A DNA stretch of 39,987 bases from Eledone cirrhosa. Lineage: Eukaryota. The DNA lies in the NCBI GenBank assembly GCA_964016885.1, contig CAXHJY010001573.1:1-39987 (forward strand), written 5' to 3'. Shown one piece after another: positions 28,141 to 39,987 of the stretch; positions within the stretch are counted from its first letter, which is position 1, and each line of letters opens with the position of its first letter. The position numbers and the translations under genes were made by a program. The notes below the pieces were generated by a model. The model was not told the origin of the DNA. It did no database searches and was given only the letters and a program-made list of their open reading frames with translations.

Positions 28141-28353
28141 AGTTTCTATTTAGGCACAAGGCCAGCAATATTGGGGGTGGGGAATCGATTACATCGACCC
28201 TGGTGCAATACAGGTGCTTTATTTATCGACCCCATAAGGAGAAAAGCAAAGCTAACCTCGGCAGGATTTGAACTCAGAATGTAAAGGGCCATAACTCTAT
28301 GCCGCAAAGCATTGTGTCTGACGCTCTACCGATACCGCCAATCCACCGCCCTT
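28141..28353 (-). mobile_element. tRNA-derived SINE, family A (near full length)
   Basis: Tail GTTTCTATTTAGGCACAAGGCC next to (AAT)n, body, B box GGATTTGAACTC and head. Confidence 0.9.
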
Positions 28354-28582
28354 ATAATATTAATCTTAATGCATTGAAATGTGCCTCTTATTTGAAGAAA
28401 GAAAATATATACATAGCAACAATTGTTAGCGACTCACAAAAAGGGGAAATAATTTCTAGAAATTTAAAATTAATTTCACAGAAAATAATTTTGTTAACAC
28501 GAAGGGTGGAAGTTGCGGTAATCTTTAGGTCACATTAGGACTCATCATTGAGGCATAGTTATTTCGAATCTTGCCATCTCAG

Positions 28583-28777
28583 CAGACCTGTCAACTCTCC
28601 CCGTCCGACGGGGAGATTTGCAATAGTCTTTGGGATGGGTGAGAGATGTCTTCTCTTGTGAAAACGGGTATAGCTTTCATTATGTAACATCTCCCCATTT
28701 TGCCTTATTTTCCCCCCGTTTTGGGGCACTTTTTCCATGGTACTCCCCGTTTAGGTTTTTAGAGGTTGGCAGTTCTG
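28583..28777 (-). mobile_element. MITE family M1, copy 4
   Basis: TIRs present; flanks TCTCAG / TTTTAG. Confidence 0.9.
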
Positions 28778-29875
28778 TTTTAGTGGATAAGAAGGAAAGT
28801 GTTGGCGAGAAATTTTATCGCAGTAATTTGTATAATTGCCTTCCCCAAAAGTGCCAATGAAAATAACCAAAGAAAACCAATGGCAAGAATTTAGGTTGGT
28901 GATAATGTTCAGAATGACGTCCACAAAAATTCTTCATAAATTGAAATTAGTCGAAGGGGCCAAAAACCTTCCTGCATTTGTTAACAACTCCTTCCCAAAA
29001 TTAAAAAAGAAATGTGTGGGGTTAATTTCAAAAAATTAAGAATTAATTTCACTGGGGTAAAAAAAACACACACACACAAGAGAGCTGGACAGCAAAAGGT
29101 CTTCAGAGAAGAAACCCCACTCAAGTGAGTATTTAGGCCCGTAACTTCTGAAAATAATTGTCGAACTTAAAGGGAATCTAATCGTTTTGGGAAGAATCTT
29201 AACAGTTACGGCTATGTTTCCAACTTACTAAACCACATCAGCCACAGAAAAACAAAAAAAAAAAAAGATGAAATTCTCACAACTGGAAAATCTTTTATCA
29301 TAAGTTTGCTGCAGCAGAGTTAGTCTAAAGCTAAACAACAAACTGATTCTACCATTCACTAGATTTAAGCTATTATCATAAGTTGGACAGATTTGCTGGT
29401 ACACACGGCAACAAGAAAAACAATCACCAACCTCTGTTGCAGTTTGTCATAGGTTTTACGGCTTTAGAGTGAAAATTGATGCATTTTAATGCACCATTGG
29501 TACTGGAGAGGCTTTCTGCGATAGAACTAAAGAGTCCCGTCAATGCTTTATCAGTTTTCATTCAAAGATAGTTCCCTATTAGAATGGGTTCCCCACGGTG
29601 AGGCATATGAAGCCAACGTTTCCTCCATTCGTTCCTTCTTTTGGTATGGATGTTATAATTAGACGCCCTTTAGTTGGAATGAACTCCGTACAGGGTGGAC
29701 CACCTGAAGGCTACCATTAGAGAGGTTGTCTACAGAAAAACGAAAAGGTCCCTTCTTCTCTGTACCATTTAAAATTTTTCTGAGTTACTGCTCTCCTATT
29801 TGAGTTATGTATGATATGGTTTATAAAAACTACGTCTCCTCGAGGTAATATTTGGGCTTAGACGTGCGTATGTAT

Positions 29876-30072
29876 CAGACTTGCCAACCTCTAAAAGCCC
29901 AAACGGGGTGTACCATGAAAAAAATGGACCCCCAAAACGAGAAGAAATGGGGCAAAATGGGGAGATTTTACATAATGAAAGCTATATCCATTTTCACAAG
30001 AGAAGACATCTCTCCCTCACCTCAAAGTGGGTGGGAGATCTCCCAGTCCGACGAGGAGAATTGACAGGTCTG
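29876..30072 (+). mobile_element. MITE family M1, copy 5
   Basis: TIRs CAGACTTGCCAAC / ATTGACAGGTCTG; internal sequence matches the other copies. Confidence 0.9.
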
Positions 30073-30742
30073 GAATATAAACATCAAATACATTGAAAGC
30101 TGAATTAACAATGTGAAGGCCGGACCCCTTGATAACTAACTTTACCTACCGTATCTCCGAGTCAGCCCTGAACGATCAGCACTATGATTGAAAACATGAC
30201 TAAACCAATTTTGTTAGTATATGAAGGGCTCCCAAGACAAGATGTGATCTGGATATTACTTATAGCAGATCGACTGTATTATCTATTGTACTCTTCCCTT
30301 TTTTTTTTGAGACAGTAGAGTTTGATTTGGCGGTAATATGGGTCACTATTTCTAGTAGGTCGAGTGATCACGTAGAAGCTCCCTCGTTGCCTTGTCCGAT
30401 TAGGGTTTTATTCGAGGGGGGGGGGGGCAGATTTAGCTTTCATTTCGATTGTTTTCATTGTAAACTTCAATAACTTTTTCTTATAACGAAATAAGTTGAG
30501 TCGGTTGCAAAAAAAGTCCATTTAAACTCTGTTCCTCTCATATATATAATAAAAAAAGACGATTTGTTATATCTTCATTGCGTTTATTGAGTAGTGACGT
30601 GCGTTTCGCTATTGATCAGCTCAAGGTTCGATCTGTATCGATCTGCCCCGGCTCCGAAATCAAAAGCTCGTCGGGCTTCTGTTGAGGTAATGACAGAATA
30701 TATATATATATATATATAAGAAAGAGAGAAAGTTTAAATATA

Positions 30743-30841
30743 CAGGGTATCCCCCCAAAATGTATACACACTCCAACAGCATTCTGATAAATATTGCCTG
30801 TACAGGTAATCAGTGTGTATACATTTTTGGGGGACACCCTG
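30743..30841. mobile_element. Solo Tc1/mariner-type MITE (family M2) with TA TSD
   Basis: TIRs of about 29 bp, CAGGGTATCCCCCCAAAATGTATACACACT / AGTGTGTATACATTTTTGGGGGACACCCTG, with TA on both flanks. Confidence 0.9.
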
Positions 30842-31524
30842 TATACATATATATACACAAGGCATTCATATATATATGTATATAATTATAACGAGCCAGA
30901 CATATATATATATATATATTATGAACAACACTCAATTTCATGTGAGGAATATTCCGTGAGAATTATGTTAAAGAATTAATGATGTCGATTATTTATGCCC
31001 CTAGCAAGTCCCTGGTGATCCTGATCAAGTCATATATTTATTTTATTAGCAGATCTAAAAGACAAAAAAGTTTTTCATTTTAGAGTATGCGTTAAAGTTA
31101 GAATTATATTTTACGATCGATAAAAACAACATAGAATTATAGAATGAAATAGTCTGTGATTATAACCAATACGTAATTAATATAAATATTTTAATGCGAT
31201 ACATTTAGGTTTTCGTAATTTTTTAAATGTATATTGACAAAAACAACAAGGGAGATTGAGAAATTTTGCTTCTATCTTTAATGGTTCCTCTATAATTTTT
31301 TTTTTTTTTTACTTTGGAACTCTCGAGTTCGATTTCCACTTAAAATTATTTCATATTGTTTTTGTTAGCAGATAATAAATGAAAGAAAATAAACCCAAAA
31401 TGGATAATACGCAAAAAATAGCAAAAATAAAACGGTTAGCACATAATTAATTCTTCTAAATTAGAGTAACACGAGGAAAAAAAATTAAGAGAGAAAGTTG
31501 AAAGAAAATAGAAAAAAATAAGAG

Positions 31525-31585
31525 CAAATCTGGCGCGATGTGAAGTTAAAGGGAAGCTATCCCAGGATGCTTTGATTGGCGATTT
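31525..31585. promoter_or_regulatory. Candidate promoter motif cluster
   Basis: E2F-like TGGCGCGA (31531), ZNF143/Staf-like TCCCAGGATGCTTTG (31560) and inverted CCAAT GATTGG (31574), in unique sequence 3.3 kb upstream of the RNF220-like exon. Confidence 0.3.
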
Positions 31586-33087
31586 CAAGACGAGGCTGAA
31601 GAAGATTGAATGTAAGACTAACTAATCTGTAAGTGTTTTGAAATTCTATCTCATGCTTTGCTGTCCCATCTCAGTCTACTTTTTTAACAACTTCAACGAA
31701 AAACTTTTATTTAATTCTCCCTAGACAATCAATAGCATTATTTTCTGGTTTCCATTTGTTGAAATGCGCCAAAAAAAGACAGTCAGTCGGTGTGTGTGTC
31801 CACTCTGTCCTCGCCTTTCTCATAGATCATATACCTCCCTCCCTCTTTTCAATTTCACTGCTAATCTATTACATACACATGTATATATAAATATATATAT
31901 GAAACTTCTGTTGAAATGTATGTTTCACAACCAGATGAATATCTGATGTTACACAGTTTGTTTCTGCAACCATATATACAATACATCTGCGCACCGTTGT
32001 TGCATCGACACCGGTAAATCTAATCAACAACAGGCACGGACGAGGAACAAAACAACACACAACTGTTTGTTTACAAACAACTTATCGTCAGTTCAATCCG
32101 ACTCCATCTAGCTATTTGGCTCTATTTATGGCTCTTGTATTCAACTGTTACCATTAAACAAACCGTTTGAGGCGTTTGTCTCTGTCCTCTTGATATTTAA
32201 ACATCATGGGACACTATAAAATACCACTTCAAATATGCTATGTCCTTCCACTATCTTAGATCTTCTTCAATTTTCGGTAATTTGTTTCTAAATTACCAGA
32301 AAGCGAGACTATTTCTGGGACCTTCTCACCTTTCATATTGTCCTCTAGAATACCCTTTTGTCTTCAATGCCCTCTCCCTCTCCAGATCGTCGTAGAAACG
32401 CATCCAAACTTATTGACATTGCTACCAGTATGTGTGTGTACACGTATCTAACCGATCCCGGCATCGAAAAACACGTTAAATGATTATATATATCAATAGG
32501 AGAGAGCGGGAGATCCGGTGTTCAGCAAAGATACAAAAATAAATATCGCATGTGTTATAGTTTTGTTTATTCGAAAGGCAAAGCAATCATATAAGGCATT
32601 ACCTATTAATGTTTCATTGAGAGTATGGGTGATATACAGCGTTAACTCCTAACCTGCGTTTGAACTCATGAAGCATGAATGTTGTTAGTTTGTGATCATT
32701 CTCTTTGTTAGTTTGTAATACTGAGTTCAATCCTTCCCAATAGAAGTCATCTGCGAAACACTTATGGCCTATCCATATTGAGATGTCTCTTATTTACATA
32801 CCCCGATAGAACCAGGCCAGTTTGGAAGTGTGTGAAAGGAACAGATCAAAGCACGAAAATATCTCGATATGTGGGGAAGAGAACTAATTTAATACATTCA
32901 CAAAGAACACTAGCATGTCTAAATATAGAAACAGCAATCAAATCCCCCACACCATTATATATATTTATACCAATAAAAATCCGAGGCAATATTCATTTAG
33001 TTTTTGTTTATTAAAATCCGTAATGTATATTTCACAACCGACAGACCATTAAGTGGTCCGCACACCCTTGTTCGGTTAACCCCTTAC

Positions 33088-33125
<38 letters not shown>

Positions 33126-33779
33126 GACATATTAAACAATGTAGTTCTAGATATACAAAAATGACGATGTGGTCAAGACCTTTGATTAAAAAGTCTGCTC
33201 GATCAGAGCTGACCTGGGGCTAAACAAATGTAAACAACAGAAGTGTTTTCCCCTCAACTAATCATAATTGTGCTTTCATACATAACTCTCGTGGAAAGAC
33301 TTACATAATTGCAATAGTAAATAAAAAAAGAAAAAAAAGGATGAGAATTTGTCACATGCATACCTTTCCCTAAGTCACTTAATCAGGTAAGAGAAGTCGC
33401 CAGAAGGAGAACTGTATATAATATTATAACTTACTTAGGAATCGAGCCCCAACTTTACAGGACAATGAAGGCATAAATAAGAAGTTATGTTATGTTGTTG
33501 TTTTTTCCAAAGAGCATCGAAAATCGAAATAAAATAAAGTGATTCCAACTGATACCGACTCTTTTATGTTGATGTATGTGGTGGAAATAATGTTGAGTTA
33601 TGTGTGCGGGGTTGTGTAGGAAAGCCTCAAAACAACAGTTAGGTTCTTTCAACGTTGTTTAAAATCCGTCCATTTTGAGAAGTAATTTTGTTGAGATCTC
33701 GTCCAGTTATTTGTCCATCTTGGTGTGATAAACTGTTAACTGCTGTCGTCTCCACACAACGTCCTTCGCTTCTATCTCA

Positions 33780-34330
33780 CTAACTGAAATAGCTATTATA
33801 CACACACCACTTCAACTATTCGTCCTCCTACTGCTCCTCTTTCAATTCACTGTTCCCTACCCCGTCTCTATATCTCTGTTCTCCTCCTCCTCTCTCTCTC
33901 TCTTACGCTAACAGATCTATATGCTTTGAAATTTATTGACGTATATTTACAGAGTAGGGTAACAAGCACCTTCATACTCCTAGAAAGCGTCACATATCAA
34001 TATATCATTAGACAGCCGGACATCGGCTACATACATGTAAGAGTCAACCGACACATACCCTGAGAGAGAGTATCCCCCCCCCCCCCCTTATCCCCGTCAT
34101 TGAATTAACGATCGGCAGGAGCAGCAGTGTTCTGCATAACTTCTTCTCTGGCGATAAGTCAGCCGGTGTCAGTCTATTTCTCGTTTCCTCTGTACAAAGG
34201 CTCCTCGTGCATTCTCCGGGTCTCTCTCTCACACACATACACATACTGCCCAATAACAGTTGATCCGTCAAAGTCTGCAACACTGTCTATACATTCTCCA
34301 TCCAGTCTTCCCTCTTTAGTAACATTCTTG
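33780..34330 (+). promoter_or_regulatory. Candidate proximal promoter or 5'UTR region of the RNF220-like gene
   Basis: Repeat-free, locally GC-richer block with CT tracts and an Inr-like TCAGTC near 34168, followed by very AT-rich intron-like sequence. No strong splice donor is visible. Confidence 0.3.
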
Positions 34331-34860
34331 ATGTAAAAAAAACAACAACGATAAACAGTCAATACTAAAAGAAATTATTTTGATATAGTTAATTGTTAAA
34401 ACGATTTATATACATTAGATGTATATAGTTCTATCTAAATATTTTGCTTTAGTTAAATTGTTTCGTTTTTTAAATGCTCAATAATTTTATAGGATTTTTA
34501 TATTTTCTAAATAATGATTCTATTTCAACTTATTCTCTTATAATTTCTATTTTTATTGATATTTTGTTTATCTTTGTATACATTACATATGTATCTTCCG
34601 ATCTAGTAAATATATAAATATTAACAGGATTTGGGGTGCATATATTTTTTAGAAAATGAATTCTAAAAGTTTTTAGAGCATAATTTGAAAGTTGGAGGTT
34701 AACTAAAACACAACTTTTTTTTTCTTTTTTTTTTCTTTATAACACTATTTTTAAAATATTGACCATGAGTAATGTGTCAAATTTTGCCATGTTTAGGTTG
34801 AATCTGTGGACGAAACCATTTCTTGGAGTGGCACCCCAAGGCACCTCCGGAGGCCGGGGT

Positions 34861-35467
34861 ATGGATAGTTCATCTTTTGTTCCAAACCCACTGACCTCTC
34901 CGGCGTTGATGGTTTTAGCATCAACTTCTGATGGTGGTCACGATACCAACCGTCTTTCCAGCTCTCATCATTTCTCAGGACAAAATGTTGACAAGGATCC
35001 TACACCTGGTGCTTCTTACAGCACTTCGTCTTTCATGTACCGTCCAGGAGAGCCCTTCGCTCCACCACTCTATGCTCCTCTGCCGCCCTATGTCCAGTCT
35101 AATCACTTGGATCGTGGAGTGAGTATTATTAACAGTGGTGGCGGGAGTGCTTTCCGACCTGTGGCTAGTTCCTCGGATTGTGGAGTAGATGAATATCAGT
35201 CGGCATTTTTACCAACCAAGAAAAGCAAACAAGAAGAAAATTCAGCGTTAACAACTCTGTACAACCACTGTAATAACGCCAGCGAAAGGTTGGTGGAACA
35301 GGCGTCTTTTGGTCACTCGAGGGAGGAGAAAAGTAGTCACACCACTGTCAAAGAAGAGAGACCATCTAGTTTATGTTCTGGCTCATGTGATACAAACTCT
35401 GAGAGTCACTCGGAGTCGGGAGATCATACAGAACGTGCCACACCTGATGAAGGGAGAAACTTGCGAA
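34861..35467 (+). CDS. RNF220: First coding exon of an RNF220-like RING E3 ubiquitin ligase (N-terminal 202 codons plus 1 nt); exon probably 34797-35467
   Basis: MDSSSFVPNPLTSPALMVLASTS, VDKD, SAFRPVAS and YQSAFLPTKK parallel the vertebrate RNF220 N-terminal motifs as I recall them (MENSSYLPNPLASPALMVLASTA, VDKD, GAFRPFAS, YQSAFTPAKR), in the same order. Acceptor TTTAG ends at 34796; donor GTAAGT at 35468 (phase 1). I saw no downstream exons in the window. Confidence 0.9.
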
Positions 35468-36139
35468 GTAAGTACAACCTTTAATTGCCACCTTCAAATA
35501 TGACATTTTTTTTAGTTTTCACCTATATGCCATTCTTCAATACAGTCGATCATAATGTTATTACAAATTCATTCAATCAATGTTTTGTGTATGTCTGTGT
35601 CGTTTTTTTTCTATTTTCCTAGAATATTTTCACTTGAAAATCATATTGGAAACATTTCGATCTTTTATTTATTTACTTTAGGCCTTTCAGATTTTCAACA
35701 ATATGAACAGTATACCTACATCTAATGAATGTGTGCACTTAAATGTCTATTTAAGTTGTGAGATAGTTCCACAGCTATCATACTACTTATGTATATATTC
35801 ATATAGATTCTTTTTTAAAATAAAAATAGTTAAATTTGATAAGTTGCATAAGTATTTGGAGAATTGTTTCATATACATTATACATGTGTGTGTGTATAGC
35901 AACAAACACTATAATAGATACACACACATGCGTGTGTGTATGTGTGTAGTTACAAACACTAAAGGTATAATAGACACACACACACCTGTGTGTAAATCTG
36001 TGGACATTGCATAGCAAATATCAGGTATGAGATTGCACATGAACTGTGAGTTCAGTTATCCTATAAAGGTTTTTCTTCCTAGAAACGGTTTCACCAGTCA
36101 TAAACAAAATTTTGATATAGATATATATAGAGAGAGAGA

Positions 36140-36217
<78 letters not shown>

Positions 36218-36814
36218 CATACACACACACATATATATACACACATATATAAATCAATGTATTTATCTGTTCTAAATGATATCAATAAAGAGTTGAGTAC
36301 ACTGGGGAGCAGATTTTGGTGTGTGTGTTTGCAACAAAGTACTTACTTTTATGTATGGTACTATTTGTATATACTCGTGTAAAAGTTGAATTTTTTAGAC
36401 CATTTTTGAAGGTTAAATTTATGGGGCCGTCTACATGGATACTACTTTTGATGGGCTTAAAATTCAAGCTAGAATCCAAAGTACCATATTCGTAGAAGCT
36501 CAACTGATCTCTGAAGGAATAAATACAAAAACAATGAATTACAGTAATATTACCAATTCTATGCATCAAAACACACATCCTTGTAAATAAAATCTTATAA
36601 ATATTTAGACTAGCTTAGTACAATCCATTTATATCTCATAATTACTATATACTACCATCGGTAATATACCGGTATGCCACTTACCGTAATACTGTGCACA
36701 TGGCCGATACCTACTTGGCTTGTTTCGCATTACAACTCTCCAATCATATTATTTTCATAATTGTGGTTAAAATCACACTCATCACAGATATGTTGTGGTA
36801 CAGTATATTAGTCG

Positions 36815-37075
36815 TTGTCTTCTTCGTGTTCACCCACTTATTCCTGAGAGGATCATGGGGACAGAGTCCTCAGAATCCTCAAACACTCTTTCCAGCGGGT
36901 CCTGCTGTCAGAAACAACTGTCTCCAACTGATCTCCCCGAGCGTGACCAAGCAAGCTCATGGATGTTATCCAACCATCATGCTCTGGGTCTCCTACCTTT
37001 TGGTTTTGCTTGTAAAATCTATTCAGTGAGTCTTTCCTGACACATCCTAACCACATGCCCATTGAATAAAACTTT
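36815..37075 (-). mobile_element. 3' end fragment of an RTE-clade LINE
   Basis: Minus translation GHVVRMCQERLTE*ILQAKPKGRRPRA*WLDNIHELAWSR matches the GHV.RM...R.P...G.RPRGRP..RW.D signature, with stops. Confidence 0.8.
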
Positions 37076-37439
37076 TGCTTTCAGACATGTATTTGCATTG
37101 ATTTGAAGTCACCTTATATTCATAACATTTAGTAACAGTGTTATTTCTAAGTACAGGATGACACATTGACTCACAAATGTGGACCTGTTAACTGTGAAAT
37201 ACAAGGGTTGACTTTTATACGAAAGTATATAGAAAATTCCTGATTTTTTGGCCAGAGATATAAGGTCAAGTTTTACTGCTCGAATATATAAGGTATATGT
37301 ATCCTTATATAATATCTGTTTATACATATTTATTGCCATCTCATGAATGTTCTTCACAGGGCATTAAGGCAACCCAACAGGCCAAAAGTTGCACCCAACC
37401 CAAACCGTGCGGAAGATATCTCTTTAACCCCAAACCAGT

Positions 37440-37757
37440 GTACGTATATATATATATATATATAATATATATATATATATAATATATATATAAAATTTAA
37501 TATGGAAACAGCTTCTACAGGACTAGAACTGTTTCAATATATATGTATGTATGTATGTGTATATATATATATATGTATGCATGTATGTGTATATATGTAT
37601 GTGTATATGTATGTATATATATGTGTATATATATATATATGTATGTTTATATATGTATGTCTATATATATATGTATGTATATGTATGTATATATGTATGT
37701 ACATATATGTATATATATGTATGTGTATGTATGTCTACGTGTATATATATATATATA
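37440..37757. repeat. (TA)n/(TATG)n microsatellite
   Basis: Directly visible. Confidence 0.9.
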
Positions 37758-38040
37758 GGGGCACATGGCTTAGTGGTTAGAGCATTGGCCTTGCAATCGA
37801 AAGGTTGTGAGTTCAATTCTCAGACCGGGTGATGTGTTGTTTCCTTGAGCAAGCCACTTTATTTCACATTGCTCCAGTTTACTCAGCTGCAAAGTGGTCG
37901 TGGAGGTGCCGTGGCAAAAAAGCACCCAACACTCACTGTAAATGAGGTTGGTGTTAGGAAGGGCATCCAGCTGTAGAAATCAAGCCAGAATCAGTTCCCG
38001 TCACACCCTTGCTAGCAGGGAAAAAGCAGACGTAAAATGA
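37758..38040 (+). mobile_element. tRNA-derived SINE, family B (CORE-like body, RTE-associated-type 3' part)
   Basis: A box TGGCTTAGTGG, B box GAGTTCAATTC, body TTCCTTGAGCAAGCCACTT...GCTCCAG...ACTCAGCTG, then GTTGGTGTTAGGAAGGGCATCCAGC. Confidence 0.75.
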
Positions 38041-38044
38041 AATG

Positions 38045-38080
<36 letters not shown>

Positions 38081-38097
38081 TTGTATGTATGTATATG

Positions 38098-38430
38098 TAA
38101 GCTGGCAACCCCACTAAGCGGGGTGATTTTCGACACACTGCGGGATGAAAATCAGAACCTGTCAAAGGGCGGAGGAACTCAGGTGTTTTTTTTTTTTTTT
38201 TTTTTGTGCTAGAGACTCCTAGTCTTCATTAAGACATTTCTCTAGGAGAAAGGCACTGATATAGAACCTATGACTTTGTTTGCATGTAGACCAGTTTTTC
38301 TTTTTTTTTTTATTCAATGTTTAGAGAGTGGGTTGGCCCTGTGCAAAGCCTTTCCTCATTTAAAAGTGCTTCAAGCACATGCATCGCTTGCTACTCAACA
38401 TTTTTCGTGATGCATGGTGATGCTGGCCAT
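38098..38430 (+). mobile_element. Retroelement-derived repeat (RTE 5'UTR-like), copy 3
   Basis: Homologous to 8425-8520 and 8684-8790. Confidence 0.6.
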
Positions 38431-38739
38431 AGACAGATCCCTAAATAGTCTAATAATCCAAGTCTGTGATGCACATGCTTAACCCTTTAATGTTCAAACT
38501 GGCCAGAATTCTCTACCTCTTTCTGTTGAAACTGGCTGTAACTGGTTGCTCAAACTGATGTTAAGGTATTGTACTCAAAATAAATACTTTCAAAATCTCA
38601 TAGATTCAATATTATGTGAGATAATTATGTGAGATAAAGCATTTACTATGAAAATATAATAGTATATATAGAGTAATGTGATTGCTAAAGGCTTAAGCAT
38701 CAATTTGCACCCATCATGTATATGTATGTGTGTGTATAA

Positions 38740-38793
<54 letters not shown>

Positions 38794-38920
38794 GGTTTCC
38801 ACTCTTTCCCTATTATTTTATGTGTTGAACAAATATATGTAGTATGTTGTTTCATTTATTTCTCTTTACTTCTTACATGCATATAGGTGTATGGAAATAT
38901 ATACCATCAAGAATAGTTAG

Positions 38921-39001
38921 GTTACCCACGCTACTACCTCAGGTATTGAGTACTGTGGTGCATTATGGTCCACCTGGTATCGTACCACACCCTCTTTGTT
39001 A
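38921..39001 (+). repeat. Inverted homolog of 15862-15940
   Basis: GTACTGTGGTGCATTATGGTCCACCTGGTATC is the near reverse complement of GATACCAGGTGGACCATAATGCACCAGAGTAC; both copies end in (TA)n. Confidence 0.85.

Positions 39002-39987
<986 letters not shown>

Noticed and set aside
29580-29730. GC-richer block as a possible coding exon
   Set aside because: No recognisable protein motif in the frames I read, and no clear pair of splice sites.
34759-34860. Upstream in-frame extension of the 241-aa ORF
   Set aside because: It starts at TTG, crosses a probable splice acceptor at 34796, and similarity to RNF220 begins at ATG 34861. The last codons after 35467 are probably intronic too.
35439-35476. 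CTGATGA...GAAACTTGCGAAGTA hammerhead-like string at the end of the RNF220-like exon
   Set aside because: Stem III can form but stems I and II cannot. The sequence is explained by the PDEG codons and the splice donor.
37758-37830. tRNA gene
   Set aside because: A and B boxes are present, but there is no proper acceptor stem and the sequence runs on into a SINE body.
38479-38566. piggyBac-like end TTAACCCTTT
   Set aside because: There is no convincing matching right TIR with TTAA.

Overview
AT-rich animal genomic DNA dominated by (TA)n, (CA)n, (GA)n and (TATG)n microsatellites. The repeat landscape suggests an octopus or other coleoid cephalopod (inference). Almost all listed ORFs are microsatellite translations. 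One real host exon is recognisable: the first coding exon of an RNF220 E3 ligase homolog (34861-35467, +), with an AG acceptor upstream and a GTAAGT donor. The rest is intergenic or intronic. It holds tRNA-derived SINEs, RTE and R4/Dong LINE remnants, a decayed hAT transposase, two MITE families and a 66-bp satellite. The most notable signal is a set of type I hammerhead ribozyme (HHR) motifs inside short unique islands embedded in microsatellites. The best case (19222-19882) is a 595-nt structured unit with about 66 nt of terminal redundancy and one HHR carrying a covariant U3-A8 core, which looks like a cDNA copy of a circular retrozyme-like RNA. Another is a 283-bp palindrome carrying one HHR on each strand. 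All structures were read by eye and none is computationally or experimentally validated.
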